NCBI GenBank assembly: GCA_902492505.1
Contig: CABULU010000003.1
Coordinates: 3,710 to 67,709 of the forward strand
DNA from: an uncultured Eubacteriales bacterium
GTDB lineage: Bacteria > Bacillota > Clostridia > Oscillospirales > QAKW01
Length of the DNA stretch: 64,000 nucleotides
Reading direction: 5' to 3'
The translations under genes and the position numbers were made by a program. Of the stretch, positions 38,742 to 51,420 are shown one piece after another; the stretch's first letter is position 1; every line of letters starts with the position of its first letter. Below the pieces are notes generated by a model. It was not told where the DNA came from. It was given only the letters and a program-made list of their open reading frames with translations, and ran no database searches.

Positions 38742-41700
38742 TTAAATTTCAAAGTATTTTACGGCTGATTCAAACATTTTCATATCATATACTCCGTCAA
38801 CGTTTTTATACAAATCAATGTCTATACGTTCGGAATGACCCATCTTTCCGAACACCCTGCCGTCGGGAGACGTAATACCCTCAACGGCAAAAACGGAATT
38901 ATTGGGGTTAAAGCGTATATCACCGGTCGGATTTTGGTCAAGGTCAACATACTGAGTCGCAATCTGACCGTTTGCAATAAGCTGTTCAAGTGTGCTGTCA
39001 CTTGCTATAAAACGACCCTCTCCGTGAGAAATAGGCACTGTATATACCTGACCGGGCTCCGTATTCATCAGCCACGGCGATTTATTCGAAGCAATGCGCG
39101 TGCGGACAAGACGCGACTGATGACGACCTATCGTATTAAAGGTAAGCGTCGGGCAGCTCTCGTCCGTATCGATTATTCTTCCAAAAGGAACAAGACCTAA
39201 CTTAATTAGAGCCTGAAAGCCGTTACAAATACCGCACATAAGTCCGTCACGGTTTTCAAGCAACTCGTTTATCTGCTCACTCACAGCCCCGTTTCTGAAA
39301 AAAGCAGTTATAAATTTACCCGAGCCGTCCGGCTCGTCGCCGCCGGAAAAGCCGCCGGGCACAAATACAATCTGCGACTGTTTCAGTTTATCTGCAAACG
39401 TCTCAACAGACTGAGAAACTCCGGCGGGCGACAGGTTGTTGATAACAAATATCTCAGCTTCGGCGCCTGCGCGGGACATTGCCTTTGCAGTGTCAAATTC
39501 ACAGTTTGTACCCGGGAATACAGGTATAAGCACGCGGGGTTTTAAAGTCTTTACACGCACACGCGGATAACTTTGCGCTTTATAGCTCACGGTCGGTATA
39601 TTTTTTTGTGCCTGCTCAATATTGCAGGAATACACCGATTCCAATTTATCTTCATATACGGAAAGCAAATCCGACAGCAAAATCGTGTCACCGCCAGCTT
39701 TTATAGAGGGCGACTGTGTGGTTGCACCAAGTGAAATGCTGCGTTCGCCTATTTCTTTGCCGTCTGCAAGCTCCAGAATAAACGCGCCGTAATTATAGCC
39801 GAAAATAAGCTCGTTTGAAACAGATTTGTTAAACTCAAAGCCTACACCGTTTCCAAAACACATTTTCATCACAGCCTCGGCAATACCGCCGTATGTCGGT
39901 GTATACGCCGCCAGTACGCGTCCCTCACGCATAAGCCGTGTTACAACGGAAAAAATATGCTTGTGCGATTCGCAATCAGGCAGACCGTTTTCATCATACC
40001 GGGGACAAAGTAGCACAACATCATGACCTGCACCCTTAAATTCGGGTGAAATAACCTGCTTGGTTTTTCCCGTAGTCACGGCAAAGGAAACAAGCGTCGG
40101 CGGGACGGTGATGTCCTCAAAAGTGCCGCTCATGGAATCCTTGCCGCCGATTGCACCGATCCCGTAATCAAGCTGTGCCTTGAATGCGCCGAGCAATGCA
40201 GACATCGGTTTTCCCCAGCGCACAGCGTCCCTCATGGGCTTCTCAAAATATTCCTGGAAAGTCAGATAAACGTCTTTGAATTCGGCGCCTGCGGCAATCA
40301 GCTTTGAAACAGACTCCACAACAGCAAGATATGCGCCGTGATAAGGGCTTTTTTCTGTTATAAACGGATTATATCCCCATGACATGAACGAGCATGTATC
40401 TGTCTGACCCTTTTCGACCGAAATTTTGTGTACCATCGACTGAATAGGAGTCTGCTGGTACCTGCCGCCAAAGGGCATGAGCACAGTACCCGCGCCTATC
40501 GTCGAGTCAAACCGCTCCGAAAGCCCGCGTTTGGAGCAGACATTGAGATCATTTGCAAGCGCCCGCATACCCGAAGCAAAATCCCGGGGCTGCTGTTTAT
40601 CAAATTTCTGAGGCTTTTTAACGCTTATATCAATATGCTTTTGTGCACCGTTTGAGTTTAAAAAGTCACGTGAAATATCGACAATGCGGCTTCCGTTCCA
40701 ATTCATTACAAGGCGCGGGTTTTCCGTAACGACAGCAACTACCGTAGCCTCCAAGTTTTCGGCAGTCGCAAGTTCCTTAAATCGCTGAGCATGCTGCGGT
40801 TCTACAACCACAGCCATACGTTCCTGCGGCTCGCTGATGGCAAGCTCCGTACCGTCCAGTCCGTCGTATTTTTTGGGGACTGCATTTAAGTCTATTTCAA
40901 GTCCGTCCGCCAGCTCTCCGATAGCAACGGACACGCCGCCTGCGCCGAAATCGTTACAGCGTTTAATAAGGCGAGAAGCCTCGCTGTTTCTGAATAGGCG
41001 CTGAAGCTTGCGCTCCTCCGGCGCGTTACCCTTTTGAACCTCTGCACCGCAGCTTTCAAGCGACTGAAGAGTATGAGATTTTGACGAACCTGTCGCTCCG
41101 CCGCAGCCGTCGCGTCCCGTTCTGCCGCCGAGCAAAATTACAATATCACCGGGACTTGGCGCCTCACGGCGTACATTTTTTGCAGGAGCTGCGGCAATTA
41201 CCGCGCCGATTTCCATACGCTTTGCCACATACCCGTCATGATATATTTCGTCAACCTGTCCCGTGGCAAGACCTATTTGATTTCCGTATGAGGAATATCC
41301 TGCCGCAGCGGTAGTCACGATTTTTCGCTGCGGGAGCTTACCCGGTATCGTCTCGCTCACAGGTTTCAGCGGATCTGCAGCCCCTGTCACGCGCATTGCG
41401 GCGTAAACATAGCTTCTTCCCGACAGCGGATCTCGGATTGCGCCGCCGATACAGGTTGCGGCACCGCCAAACGGTTCGATCTCGGTCGGATGGTTGTGCG
41501 TTTCATTTTTAAAGAGCAGCAGCCAATCCTGATTTTCACCGTCAACGTCAACTGTTATTTTAACGGTACAGGCGTTTATCTCCTCCGACTCGTCAAGGCG
41601 TGGCAGCTTACCCTGTGCTTTCAACTCGCGCACGGCAACAGTCGCTATATCCATAAGGTTTACAGGCTTTGTCCTGCCCAACTTTTTGCGTACGGCAAGA

Positions 41701-42446
41701 TACTCATTGTATGCCGCCTGCACAGTCTTATCCTCGAATGTTACCGAATCGATAGTTGTCAAAAACGTGGTGTGACGGCAGTGGTCGGACCAGTAGGTAT
41801 CTATCATGCGAATCTCGGTAAGCGTGGGGTCACGCTGTTCTGATTTAAAGTAATCCTGACAAAACTCTATATCGTCCGCATCCATTGCCAGACCGTATTT
41901 TGAGACAAATTCCTCAAGCCCCTGACGCGAAAGCGAGCAAAAGCCGCTCAGCGTCTCAACGGTCTGCGGAATTTCATATTCCGCTTTCAATGTTTCAAAT
42001 GTGTCCAGAGAGGCCTCTCTGCTCTCAACGGGATTAATCACATACTTTTTAACGGTATCTATGTCCTTTTCGGTAAGACTTCCGTAAAGCACATAGATGC
42101 GCGCACAGCGGACAATCGGACGCTCACACTGCGCAATAAGCTGAATACACTGTGCGGCGCTGTCCGCGCGCATATCAAACTGCCCCGGAAGGTATTCAAC
42201 GCCAAAAACAACTGCATTTTCCGCGCCCTCGATTTCACTTGTCACTATATCAAGCTGCGGCTCGGAAAAAACAGTTTTTACAGCATAGTCAAAAAGCGGC
42301 TTTTCTATATTTTCCACATCATAGCGATTGAGAATACGCAGATGTTCAAGTCCTGTTACCCGTACCAGTGTTACAAGATCATTTTTCAGTGCCTGCGCCT
42401 CTATTGCAAGCTCCTTTTTCTTTTCAGTATAAACTCTGTAAACCAT
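38742..42446 (-). CDS. purL: phosphoribosylformylglycinamidine synthase, single-chain large form
   Basis: 1234 aa. Duplicated AIR-synthase-related domains and a C-terminal glutaminase (GICNGFQ, HGEGRF). Confidence 0.95.
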   Translation of the reverse strand: MVYRVYTEKKKELAIEAQALKNDLVTLVRVTGLEHLRILNRYDVENIEKPLFDYAVKTVFSEPQLDIVTSEIEGAENAVVFGVEYLPGQFDMRADSAAQCIQLIAQCERPIVRCARIYVLYGSLTEKDIDTVKKYVINPVESREASLDTFETLKAEYEIPQTVETLSGFCSLSRQGLEEFVSKYGLAMDADDIEFCQDYFKSEQRDPTLTEIRMIDTYWSDHCRHTTFLTTIDSVTFEDKTVQAAYNEYLAVRKKLGRTKPVNLMDIATVAVRELKAQGKLPRLDESEEINACTVKITVDVDGENQDWLLLFKNETHNHPTEIEPFGGAATCIGGAIRDPLSGRSYVYAAMRVTGAADPLKPVSETIPGKLPQRKIVTTAAAGYSSYGNQIGLATGQVDEIYHDGYVAKRMEIGAVIAAAPAKNVRREAPSPGDIVILLGGRTGRDGCGGATGSSKSHTLQSLESCGAEVQKGNAPEERKLQRLFRNSEASRLIKRCNDFGAGGVSVAIGELADGLEIDLNAVPKKYDGLDGTELAISEPQERMAVVVEPQHAQRFKELATAENLEATVVAVVTENPRLVMNWNGSRIVDISRDFLNSNGAQKHIDISVKKPQKFDKQQPRDFASGMRALANDLNVCSKRGLSERFDSTIGAGTVLMPFGGRYQQTPIQSMVHKISVEKGQTDTCSFMSWGYNPFITEKSPYHGAYLAVVESVSKLIAAGAEFKDVYLTFQEYFEKPMRDAVRWGKPMSALLGAFKAQLDYGIGAIGGKDSMSGTFEDITVPPTLVSFAVTTGKTKQVISPEFKGAGHDVVLLCPRYDENGLPDCESHKHIFSVVTRLMREGRVLAAYTPTYGGIAEAVMKMCFGNGVGFEFNKSVSNELIFGYNYGAFILELADGKEIGERSISLGATTQSPSIKAGGDTILLSDLLSVYEDKLESVYSCNIEQAQKNIPTVSYKAQSYPRVRVKTLKPRVLIPVFPGTNCEFDTAKAMSRAGAEAEIFVINNLSPAGVSQSVETFADKLKQSQIVFVPGGFSGGDEPDGSGKFITAFFRNGAVSEQINELLENRDGLMCGICNGFQALIKLGLVPFGRIIDTDESCPTLTFNTIGRHQSRLVRTRIASNKSPWLMNTEPGQVYTVPISHGEGRFIASDSTLEQLIANGQIATQYVDLDQNPTGDIRFNPNNSVFAVEGITSPDGRVFGKMGHSERIDIDLYKNVDGVYDMKMFESAVKYFEI

Positions 42447-42457
42447 TGCGCGTCCTC

Positions 42458-43726
42458 CTAATTCTTAAATGCCGACAGCGCACGCGCGCCTATATCATCG
42501 CGATAATACGCATTTTTAAACGTTATTCTTGCTGCGTCGGCGTAGACCGTATCAAGAGCGTCCTTCAGCGTTTCACCCACTGCGGTAACCCCGAGCACAC
42601 GTCCGCCGGAGGAAACAAGCGCTCCGTTTTCAAGCTTTGCGCCGGCGACAAAAACCTCGCTCGACTTATTTGCCGAAAGGTCGATTTCAAAGCCGGTATC
42701 ATACTTTTCCGGGTAACCGTCGGACGCCATTACAACACAAGCTGCGGCGCCGTTTCTGAACCTCACCTCGGTTTTATCAAGCGTTTCGTTTCTGCATGAC
42801 TGCATTATTTCCAAAAGGTCGCTTTCCAAAAGCGGGAGCACAACCTGAGTTTCGGGGTCGCCGAAACGGCAGTTATATTCAATCACATAAGGTCCGTTTT
42901 GCGTCAGCATCAGACCAAAATAAAGGCAGCCCTTAAACCGGCGGTTTTCCGCACGCATGGCATCTACCGTGGGGAGAAAGATTTTTTCCATACATTCGGC
43001 AGCAATTTTGTCCGTATAAAAAGGATTGGGTGCAATTGTGCCCATGCCGCCGGTATTGAGTCCGGTATCACCGTTGCCGGCGCGCTTATGATCCATAGAA
43101 GACACCATCGGCTTTACCGTTTTACCGTCAGTAAAAGCAAGCACCGACACCTCGGGACCTGTAAGAAACTGCTCGATAACAACAGTAGTTCCGCTGTCGC
43201 CGAATTTTTTGTCACGCATCATAGAGGTTACGGCATCAGCCGCCTCGGCACGTGTCTTAGCAATAATTACACCCTTGCCCAGCGCCAGTCCGTCTGCCTT
43301 GATAACAACGGGAATATCGCAGTGTGAAACATATTCAAGTGCCGGCTCAAGCTCGGTAAATGTCACAAACTCCGCTGTCGGAATGCCGTATTTTTTCATA
43401 AGTTCCTTGGAAAACCGCTTGCTGCCCTCAATGACCGCTGCTCTTTTATCAGGACCGAAGCATGGAACGCCCGCGCTCTCCAACGCATCGACGGCGCCCA
43501 TAACCAGCGGGTCATCGGGTGCGACAACCGCAAAATCAACCGCGTTTTCAACAGCAAAGGCGACTATTTTTTCAATATCCTTTGCGCCGATATCAACGCA
43601 TACGGCGTCGGCGGCAATACCTCCGTTTCCCGGCAGAGCATAAATCTCCGTCACCGACTTACTTTTTTTAAGCTTCTTTATTATAGCGTGCTCGCGGCCT
43701 CCGCCGCCGACTACCATTATTTTCAT
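42458..43726 (-). CDS. purD: phosphoribosylamine--glycine ligase
   Basis: 422 aa. MKIMVVGGGGREHA N-terminus, ATP-grasp core. Confidence 0.95.
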   Translation of the reverse strand: MKIMVVGGGGREHAIIKKLKKSKSVTEIYALPGNGGIAADAVCVDIGAKDIEKIVAFAVENAVDFAVVAPDDPLVMGAVDALESAGVPCFGPDKRAAVIEGSKRFSKELMKKYGIPTAEFVTFTELEPALEYVSHCDIPVVIKADGLALGKGVIIAKTRAEAADAVTSMMRDKKFGDSGTTVVIEQFLTGPEVSVLAFTDGKTVKPMVSSMDHKRAGNGDTGLNTGGMGTIAPNPFYTDKIAAECMEKIFLPTVDAMRAENRRFKGCLYFGLMLTQNGPYVIEYNCRFGDPETQVVLPLLESDLLEIMQSCRNETLDKTEVRFRNGAAACVVMASDGYPEKYDTGFEIDLSANKSSEVFVAGAKLENGALVSSGGRVLGVTAVGETLKDALDTVYADAARITFKNAYYRDDIGARALSAFKN

Positions 43727-43734
43727 AAATTCTC

Positions 43735-44973
43735 CTACTTGTTATAAATCGGATATTTTTCGCAAAGGCTCACAACCTCATCGGTTATACTGCCGCGGCT
43801 GTTTTCAAAATCTGTTATTACACGCTTTACCCAGCCCGCAATAAGCTCCATTTCGGCTTCCTTGAAGCCACGGCTTGTGACGGCGGGCGTGCCTATACGC
43901 AGACCGCTTGTAATAAACGGACTCTGCGGGTCGTTGGGAATTGCATTTTTATTTGCGGTTATATGAACCTCATCCAGACGATGCTCCAACTCCTTTCCGG
44001 TAATTGCGCAGCCGCGAAGATCGAGCAGCATGAGATGGTTGTCCGTTCCGCCGGACACCAAATCAACGCCTTCTTTTATAAATGAGTTTGCAAGGACGGA
44101 AGCATTTTTGACAATCTGCGTCTGATACGCCTTAAATTCATCTGTAAGTGCTTCACCGAAGGCAACTGCCTTTGCTGCAATAATATGCATGAGCGGACCG
44201 CCCTGCGTGCCGGGGAAAATGGCCTTGTCTATTTGCTTTGCATACTGCTCTTTGCAAAGGATAAGACCACCGCGCGGACCGCGCAGAGTCTTATGAGTCG
44301 TGGTTGTAACAACGTCTGCATAAGGCACGGGATTGGGATGCAGGCCTGCCGCGACAAGACCCGCTATATGCGCCATATCCACCATGAGATATGCGCCGAC
44401 CTCATCGGCAATCTCACGAAATTTGGCAAAATCTATTGTGCGCGGATAAGCCGAAGCGCCTGCAAGAATAAGCTTGGGCTTATGCTCTTTGGCAAGACGC
44501 AAAACCTCGTCGAAATCAATCTGCTGTGTGTCATCAGACACGCCGTAAGGTACTATATTGAAGTAATTTCCCGAAATGTTTACGGGAGAACCGTGAGAAA
44601 GATGACCGCCATGAGCAAGGCTCATGGACAGCACGGTATCACCCGGCTTCAAAAGTGCATAAAATACGGCAAGGTTGGCATTCGCACCGCTGTGAGGCTG
44701 AACATTTGCATGCTCAGCTCCAAACAGCTTTTTTGCACGCGCTCTTGCTATTTCCTCAACCTCGTCAACATAGACGCAACCGCCGTAATAACGCTTGCCC
44801 GGGTATCCTTCGGCATATTTATTTGTAAGAACGCTGCCCGCAGCCAAAAGCACGCCCTCAGACACGATATTTTCAGACGCAATAAGTTCAATATTATGCT
44901 GCTGGCGTTTAAGCTCCCGCTCGCAGGAGGCATAAACCTCGCTGTCAAATTCCTTTAGCTTTTCAAAAAACAT
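43735..44973 (-). CDS. glyA: serine hydroxymethyltransferase
   Basis: 412 aa. PLP-Lys motif [14 protein letters not shown]. Confidence 0.95.
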   Translation of the reverse strand: MFFEKLKEFDSEVYASCERELKRQQHNIELIASENIVSEGVLLAAGSVLTNKYAEGYPGKRYYGGCVYVDEVEEIARARAKKLFGAEHANVQPHSGANANLAVFYALLKPGDTVLSMSLAHGGHLSHGSPVNISGNYFNIVPYGVSDDTQQIDFDEVLRLAKEHKPKLILAGASAYPRTIDFAKFREIADEVGAYLMVDMAHIAGLVAAGLHPNPVPYADVVTTTTHKTLRGPRGGLILCKEQYAKQIDKAIFPGTQGGPLMHIIAAKAVAFGEALTDEFKAYQTQIVKNASVLANSFIKEGVDLVSGGTDNHLMLLDLRGCAITGKELEHRLDEVHITANKNAIPNDPQSPFITSGLRIGTPAVTSRGFKEAEMELIAGWVKRVITDFENSRGSITDEVVSLCEKYPIYNK

Positions 44974-44994
44974 TTTTTGATCCTCCCTAAAAAA

Positions 44995-46179
44995 TTAATG
45001 ATGGAAAAGGCGCATACCTGTAAACGCCATAGCAATTCCGTATTTATTGCAACAGTCAATCACTATATCGTCGCGTATAGATCCACCCGGCTGGGCAATG
45101 AAGCTGACACCGCTGCGGCGCGCGCGCTCGATATTGTCGTCAAACGGGAAAAACGCGTCAGAACCGACTGAAACACCCGTTATTTTTGAAAGATGCTCTT
45201 TCTGCTCCACCTTGGTAAAAGGTTCGGGTCTTTCGGTAAAATATTTCTGCCAGTTGCCATCAGCCAAAACATCCTCGTCGTCATCTGAAATATAAACGTC
45301 AATTACGTTGTCCCTGTCAGGTCTGCCGAGAGTGGGCAAAAACGGCAGATTTAAACATTTGTCATGCTGGCGCAGATGCCAAATATCCGCCTTATTTCCC
45401 GCCAGACGGGTGCAGTAAATACGCGACTGCTGACCCGCACCCACGCCTATTGCCTGTCCGTCGACGGCATAACAGACTGAGTTGGACTGAGTGTATTTCA
45501 AGGTGATAAGCGCCACTATCAGGTCGCGCTTTGCATCCTCTGTCAGCGTTTTATTGTCAGTCACGATATTTTCAAGCAGTGCGGCGTCAATTTTAAAATT
45601 GTTTCTGCCCTGCTCAAATGTTATGCCGAACACCTGCTTTGTTTCCTTTTCCTGCGGAACATAGTTTGCATCGATCTTTACTATGTTGTAATTTCCTTTT
45701 CGCTTGGATTTCAAAATTTCAAGCGCCTGCGGCTCATAGCCCGGGGCAATAATTCCGTCTGACACTTCGCGCTTTATAAGCATAGCTGTGGTGACATCAC
45801 AGACATCGGACAGCGCAATCCAGTCGCCAAACGAAGATTGCCGGTCGGTTCCGCGGGCTCTTGCATACGCACAGGCAAGCAGCGAATTATCAAGACCCTC
45901 GATATCGTCTACAAAGCAGGCGCGCTTGAGCTTTTCGGAAAGCGGGATTCCAACTGCCGCAGACGTGGGACTGACGTGTTTAAAGGACGTGGCGCAGGGC
46001 ATTCCCGTAGCCGCCTTCAGCTCTTGGACAAGCTGCCACGAATTGAAAGCATCCAGAAAATTTATATATCCCGGTCTGCCGCACAGTATTTCAATGGGCA
46101 GTTCGCTGCCGTCGCTCATATAAATTCTGGACGGCCTTTGGTTGGGGTTACATCCGTATTTCAATTCAAATTCTTTCAT
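44995..46179 (-). CDS. purH: AICAR formyltransferase (stand-alone AICARFT domain, no MGS-like cyclohydrolase domain)
   Basis: Start moved to ATG 46179 (MKEFELKYGCNPNQ), preceded by AAGGAGGA. The ORF-track start at 46260 lies inside purB. About 394 aa. Confidence 0.85.
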   Translation of the reverse strand: MKEFELKYGCNPNQRPSRIYMSDGSELPIEILCGRPGYINFLDAFNSWQLVQELKAATGMPCATSFKHVSPTSAAVGIPLSEKLKRACFVDDIEGLDNSLLACAYARARGTDRQSSFGDWIALSDVCDVTTAMLIKREVSDGIIAPGYEPQALEILKSKRKGNYNIVKIDANYVPQEKETKQVFGITFEQGRNNFKIDAALLENIVTDNKTLTEDAKRDLIVALITLKYTQSNSVCYAVDGQAIGVGAGQQSRIYCTRLAGNKADIWHLRQHDKCLNLPFLPTLGRPDRDNVIDVYISDDDEDVLADGNWQKYFTERPEPFTKVEQKEHLSKITGVSVGSDAFFPFDDNIERARRSGVSFIAQPGGSIRDDIVIDCCNKYGIAMAFTGMRLFHH

Positions 46180-46189
46180 GTAATCCTCC

Positions 46190-47620
46190 TTATACTCTAA
46201 GCTCAGCACTGCTTTCACCGTCAAAAAGTCGTTCAATAACAGGCTTTGCATAATTTTCAATAAATTCCTCGGTTTGGCTTACGCTTCTTCCGATATACAA
46301 CGTCGGATCAAGCTCACTCTCTATCTCCTGACGCGAAAGAGGAAATGCCGGGTCGTTTTCTATTCTTTCTATAAGGTCGTTAACTCCGCCCTCGAGCTTC
46401 ACTTTAGCTGCCGCGGCATGGGAATGTACGCGCAGCTGCTCGTGAAGCTTTTGACGGTTGCCGCCTTTTTTAACCGATTTCATCATGATGTTCTCGGTTG
46501 CCATAAACGGCAGTTTCTCCATCACCCTTCGGTACACAACCCTGTCGTAGACAACAAGACCCGAGGTGACATTCATGTATATATTTAGTATTGCATCAAC
46601 CGCCAAAAATGCCTCGGAAACCGCAATACGCTTATTTGCACTGTCGTCCAGCGTACGCTCAAACCACTGAGTACCGGCGGTAAACGCGGGGTTTACAGAA
46701 TCAGCGATTACATATCTTGCCAGCGCGCAAATTCGCTCTGAACGCATGGGATTGCGCTTATAAGGCATGGCAGAAGAACCAATTTGATTTTTCTCAAACG
46801 GCTCCTCCATTTCCTCAAAGGACTGTAAGATACGCAAATCATTTGCAAATTTATACGCGCTTTGCGCAAAGCCGGAGAGCACTGACAAAAAGTAAGCGTC
46901 CACCTTACGCGAATAGGTCTGTCCCGACACGGGAACACAGCCCGAAAAGCCAAGAGCTTTTGCTATAAGATCCTCCATTTTTTTGATTTTTTGCTCATCA
47001 CCGTCAAACAGCTCCATAAAGCTTGCCTGCGTACCGGTTGTTCCCTTGGAACCGAGCAGCAAAAGCTTGTCAAGACGGTGCTCCAACTCTTCGATATCCT
47101 GAATAAGCTCATACATCCAAAGCGTTGCACGTTTACCGACGGTCGTTAGCTGCGCAGGCTGAAGATGGGTATATGCAAGGCAGGGCATGCCCTTATATTT
47201 TTGGGCAAAATCGGCAAGGTTCTTGACGACAGCCGCCGCCTTTTTAAGTATAATTTCCGACGCTTTTTTAAGTATTATCACATCGGTATTGTCTCCGACA
47301 TAGCAGGAGGTGGCACCAAGATGTATTATAGGCTCGGCGTCGGGACACTGTTTTCCATAGGCGTAAACATGAGACATAACGTCGTGGCGCACCTCGCGCT
47401 CCCGCGCTCTGGCAACTTCAAAGTTTATATCCTCGGCATGTGCCTCAAGCTGGGCTATCTGCTTATCCGTGATATCCAGTCCCAGCTCCTTTTCCGCCTT
47501 TGCAAGCTCTATCCACAGCCGTCTCCAGGTTTTGAACTTAAACTCCTCCGAAAAGACATACTGCATTTCATCGCTCGAATAGCGAGTGGAGAAAGGCGAT
47601 ACATATTTATTCGTTTCCAT
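46190..47620 (-). CDS. purB: adenylosuccinate lyase
   Basis: 476 aa. Fumarate-lyase signature GSSAMPYKRNP. Confidence 0.95.
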   Translation of the reverse strand: METNKYVSPFSTRYSSDEMQYVFSEEFKFKTWRRLWIELAKAEKELGLDITDKQIAQLEAHAEDINFEVARAREREVRHDVMSHVYAYGKQCPDAEPIIHLGATSCYVGDNTDVIILKKASEIILKKAAAVVKNLADFAQKYKGMPCLAYTHLQPAQLTTVGKRATLWMYELIQDIEELEHRLDKLLLLGSKGTTGTQASFMELFDGDEQKIKKMEDLIAKALGFSGCVPVSGQTYSRKVDAYFLSVLSGFAQSAYKFANDLRILQSFEEMEEPFEKNQIGSSAMPYKRNPMRSERICALARYVIADSVNPAFTAGTQWFERTLDDSANKRIAVSEAFLAVDAILNIYMNVTSGLVVYDRVVYRRVMEKLPFMATENIMMKSVKKGGNRQKLHEQLRVHSHAAAAKVKLEGGVNDLIERIENDPAFPLSRQEIESELDPTLYIGRSVSQTEEFIENYAKPVIERLFDGESSAELRV

Positions 47621-47629
47621 CTCTTGCTC

Positions 47630-48349
47630 CTATTTGTTTTTATTGATTATTCTTGTTTCTTCACTACCTGCCTTAAGGTCGGCAAATCTTACATACAGCG
47701 AGATTCTATTGTCGGCATTCAGCGCCGCCCAAAGACTGTCTGAAAAGTCGTCTATATCGTTTTGCAGGCAAACACGCTCCGGCTCTCCGGTAAATGTCGG
47801 AATAGGATCACCGTCGCAGTTATAGGTATGAATAAAGTGACCGATGCCCGGAAGTGCTGGATACTCATAAAAATACCTGCTGCATGCACCGCCTTTTGCA
47901 TCGGCGCTTTTGAGTATGCTCATTTTATAGGTAAAATCACCGTTTTCAAAGGTCAGCATTCCGCTGATTCTGGGAGTGAAATTGGGCGCGTCCGGCTCAA
48001 ACTCACGTGTACGCAGTGCGTCCTCAAAGCTCTTGCCGTCCTTTACAAAGTCGTAAATAGTATCCGTTTGATCGCCGTTTGTAACTATAATTTTATTTTC
48101 AAGCGTGCGTACCGGTGAATAGATTATAAGCGACGGGTCTTCAAGCTTTGATGCATCAAAAGCTTTTGTGATTATCCCGCCGTCAATCTGCTCAAACACA
48201 CGATTGCGGCTGTTCACGCTTCTACCCATTATAAAGTATGCTATGACGGCGTTTTTACCGTCGGGAGTTTTACCTATAATTATTCCCCTGCCGGGGTATG
48301 TATTGCCCTCAATAAGTTTGAATGGGTTCAATGTTTCATATACGTTCAC
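47630..48349 (-). CDS. IMP cyclohydrolase, PurO-like (archaeal-type) family
   Basis: 239 aa. N-terminus NTYPGRGIIIGKTPDG and overall size fit the stand-alone IMP cyclohydrolases that accompany short PurH in Clostridia. Confidence 0.75.
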   Translation of the reverse strand: MNVYETLNPFKLIEGNTYPGRGIIIGKTPDGKNAVIAYFIMGRSVNSRNRVFEQIDGGIITKAFDASKLEDPSLIIYSPVRTLENKIIVTNGDQTDTIYDFVKDGKSFEDALRTREFEPDAPNFTPRISGMLTFENGDFTYKMSILKSADAKGGACSRYFYEYPALPGIGHFIHTYNCDGDPIPTFTGEPERVCLQNDIDDFSDSLWAALNADNRISLYVRFADLKAGSEETRIINKNK

Positions 48350-48948
48350 TTTTTTGCCTCCGTAAGCTCTTTCGAAACCTTTTCAACAGCCTGCGGCAGA
48401 ATTATCCACTCCGCCTGCGTCATCACGCGCTTTTGCAGTGTTTCCGGGGTATCCCCATCCTCAATTTCTACCGCCTTCTGCGCAATTATCCTGCCGCCGT
48501 CGGGAATTTCGTTTACAAAATGCACGGTAGCACCAGTAACCTTTACACCGCGCGCCAGCGCCGCCTCATGCACATGCAGTCCGTAAAATCCCCTGCCGCA
48601 AAAAGACGGAATAAGCGACGGATGAACATTTATAATCCGTTCGGGATAGCGGGCTGTAAAGTCCTCACTCAAAATACACATAAACCCCGCTAAAACTATA
48701 AGGTCAATACCGTGACTTTCAAGACAGTTTATTATTTTATCCTCAAAATCCGGCGAGCGTCCGATAACGGCGCACTCCACACCGGCGTTTGCCGCGCGGG
48801 TAAGCGCGTACGCATTCTCATTATTTGAAATGACAAGACTTACCCTGCCGCTTTTTATAACTCCGCTTTTCTGCGCATCCAATATTGCCTGCAAATTTGT
48901 TCCGCCTCCGGAAACAAGCACCGCAATGCGGGCGGTCTTATCTAACAT
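48346..48948 (-). CDS. purN: phosphoribosylglycinamide formyltransferase
   Basis: 200 aa. [13 protein letters not shown] and NVHPSLIP motifs. Confidence 0.95.
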   Translation of the reverse strand: MLDKTARIAVLVSGGGTNLQAILDAQKSGVIKSGRVSLVISNNENAYALTRAANAGVECAVIGRSPDFEDKIINCLESHGIDLIVLAGFMCILSEDFTARYPERIINVHPSLIPSFCGRGFYGLHVHEAALARGVKVTGATVHFVNEIPDGGRIIAQKAVEIEDGDTPETLQKRVMTQAEWIILPQAVEKVSKELTEAKK

Positions 48949-49979
48949 AATGTTACGCCCTCTGTATCGGTAATTTCACCGATTATAACAGCGCCCTCCC
49001 CAGCCTCTTTCAGCACGTTCAGCGCGGTATCGGTATCGTTTTTATCTACAACAGCCACCATTCCGATTCCCATATTAAAGGTATTGAACATATCCCGTTC
49101 AGGGATATTCCCCTTCTGCTGAATAAGATCGAATATAGGCAAGACGGGAACAGCCGCCTTTTCTATACGTGCGCCCAAACCGCGAGGTATACTGCGCGGA
49201 ACGTTTTCATAAAAGCCGCCGCCTGTGATATGTGAAACACCCTTGACTGCTACCTTTTCAAAAAGCTTAAGCATAGGCTTTACATAAATCTTTGTCGGCG
49301 TAAGAAGCGTCTGACCGAGCGACTGACCCGAAAGCTCGCTAACCGGCGTTTTTATATCTGCATTTTCGATATCAAGAACACAGCGCACAAGCGAAAAACC
49401 GTTGGAGTGAACGCCGCTGGAGGGCAGACCTATTATAACATCGCCCGCGCGCATTTTTTTATTGTCCAAAATCTTTGTTTTATCTACTACTCCGACGGAA
49501 AATCCGGCAAGGTCATATTCGTCCTCCGGATAAAACCCCGGCATTTCCGCCGTTTCTCCTCCAACAAGCTGTGCGCCGGACTGAACGCAGCCCTCGGCTA
49601 TTCCCGAAACAATTTGCTCAATCTTTTCGGGATAGTTTTTGCCGCATGCAATATAGTCAAGGAAGAAAAGCGGCTTTGCACCGCAGCATATTATATCGTT
49701 GACGCACATAGCCACACAGTCGATACCGACAGTATCATGCCTGTCCATCATAAACGCCAGTTTAAGCTTGGTCCCCACTCCGTCTGTCCCGCTGACAAGC
49801 ACGGGATTGGGAGTTTTTGAAATATCAAGCGCAAAGAGTCCGCCGAAGCCGCCGATATCATTGTTTTCAGCGTTTGTAACTGTTCGCGCAATATGCGCTT
49901 TCATAAGTTCAACCGCGCGATAGCCCGCCGTTATATCAACGCCCGCCGCCTTATAGCTTTCGCTGTAGCTTTTATCCAT
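48942..49979 (-). CDS. purM: phosphoribosylformylglycinamidine cyclo-ligase (AIR synthase)
   Basis: Start moved to ATG 49979 ([16 protein letters not shown]; GAGG upstream), overlapping the purF stop by 8 nt. DGVGTK motif. Confidence 0.9.
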   Translation of the reverse strand: MDKSYSESYKAAGVDITAGYRAVELMKAHIARTVTNAENNDIGGFGGLFALDISKTPNPVLVSGTDGVGTKLKLAFMMDRHDTVGIDCVAMCVNDIICCGAKPLFFLDYIACGKNYPEKIEQIVSGIAEGCVQSGAQLVGGETAEMPGFYPEDEYDLAGFSVGVVDKTKILDNKKMRAGDVIIGLPSSGVHSNGFSLVRCVLDIENADIKTPVSELSGQSLGQTLLTPTKIYVKPMLKLFEKVAVKGVSHITGGGFYENVPRSIPRGLGARIEKAAVPVLPIFDLIQQKGNIPERDMFNTFNMGIGMVAVVDKNDTDTALNVLKEAGEGAVIIGEITDTEGVTLC

Positions 49980-51417
49980 TGCTTTTTTCCTCGCCTCTTG
50001 AGATTTTCTGCTCAAAACGGTTTTTATGCCGCTGCGACGGAACTTCTGTAGGATAGTTCCCGTTAAAGCAGGCGGTGCAAAATCCCTTGCAGAAACCTCC
50101 GGCGGCAATCTTTTCAACGTCGCCTACCGAAAGGTAGCCCAAAGAATCAACACCGATAATTTGGGCGATTTCACCCACTGTGTGATTGTGTGCAATAAGC
50201 ATTTCCTCCGAATCGATATCGGTACCGTAATAGCAAGGTTTAATAAAGGGAGGTGCGGAAACGCGCATATGTACTTCCTTCGCACCCGCATCGCGCAGCA
50301 GCTTTACAATGCGCGCGCTGGTAGTGCCGCGGACTATAGAATCGTCTATAAGAACAACGCGCTTATTCTTAACTACCTCGGAAATGGGGTTGAGCTTTAT
50401 GCGCACCTTATCCTCACGTGATTTCTGACCCGGGGCTATAAATGTACGTCCGATATATTTGTTTTTTATAAAGCCCATACCATACGGTATGCCCGACTGA
50501 CGGGAAAAACCGATTGCCGCGTCAATACCCGAATCGGGAACGCCGATAACAACATCCGCCTGCACGGGATGCTCCAACGCGAGATATGCGCCGGCGCGTA
50601 CGCGCGCGTCATGCACGGATACGCCGTCTACAACCGAATCGGGACGCGCAAAATAAATATATTCAAACACGCATGAAGACTGCTTCACCTTATCGCAGTG
50701 CTCCTTTATGCTCTCTATGCCGCTGTCGCTGAAGACAACAATCTCACCCGGCTCAAGATCGCGGATAAATTCTGCACCGACAGAGTCAAGCGCGCACGAC
50801 TCTGAAGCCACAACATATCTTCCGTCTGACGTCTTGCCGTAGCAAACGGGTCTGAAACCGTTGGGATCGCGAACTGCAATCAGCTTTGACGGTGACATAA
50901 TAACAAGCGAATACGCGCCCTTAATACGATTCATCGCATTTTTGACAGCTTCCTCGATAGATGATGCAGTCAGACGCTCTTTTGTTATAAGATAACAAAT
51001 AACCTCGGTGTCGCTTGTGGTATGAAAAATAGATCCGGCAAGCTCCAGTTCACGGCGAAGCTCAAACGAATTTGTAAGATTGCCGTTATGCGCAAGCGCC
51101 ATTCTGCCCTTGACATGGTTTACAACCATCGGCTGGGCATTGAGCCTGTCAGCAGTACCCGTTGTACCATAGCGTACATGACCCACGGCAATCCTGCCCT
51201 CGCCGAGGCTTTCCATTACGCGCGGTGTAAAAACGTCGTTTACAAGACCCGCGTCCTTATAGGATGTAAACAAGCCGTCGTCATTGACGACAATACCGCA
51301 GCTTTCCTGACCACGGTGCTGAAGCGAAAACAGTCCGTAGTATACCGAACGTGCAACATCTGTGTTTTCCGGACAAAAGATACCGAAAATACCGCATTCT
51401 TCATGTAAGTTACTCAT
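49972..51417 (-). CDS. purF: amidophosphoribosyltransferase
   Basis: 481 aa. Ntn Cys in EECGIFG after a short propeptide. PRTase motif [14 protein letters not shown]-terminal Cys residues compatible with a 4Fe-4S cluster. Confidence 0.95.
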   Translation of the reverse strand: MSNLHEECGIFGIFCPENTDVARSVYYGLFSLQHRGQESCGIVVNDDGLFTSYKDAGLVNDVFTPRVMESLGEGRIAVGHVRYGTTGTADRLNAQPMVVNHVKGRMALAHNGNLTNSFELRRELELAGSIFHTTSDTEVICYLITKERLTASSIEEAVKNAMNRIKGAYSLVIMSPSKLIAVRDPNGFRPVCYGKTSDGRYVVASESCALDSVGAEFIRDLEPGEIVVFSDSGIESIKEHCDKVKQSSCVFEYIYFARPDSVVDGVSVHDARVRAGAYLALEHPVQADVVIGVPDSGIDAAIGFSRQSGIPYGMGFIKNKYIGRTFIAPGQKSREDKVRIKLNPISEVVKNKRVVLIDDSIVRGTTSARIVKLLRDAGAKEVHMRVSAPPFIKPCYYGTDIDSEEMLIAHNHTVGEIAQIIGVDSLGYLSVGDVEKIAAGGFCKGFCTACFNGNYPTEVPSQRHKNRFEQKISRGEEKSNG

Positions 51418-51420
51418 GCT

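Noticed and set aside
44185-44958. 257-aa plus-strand ORF inside glyA
   Set aside because: It is antisense to an unambiguous serine hydroxymethyltransferase. The translation is Arg/Cys-rich and non-protein-like.
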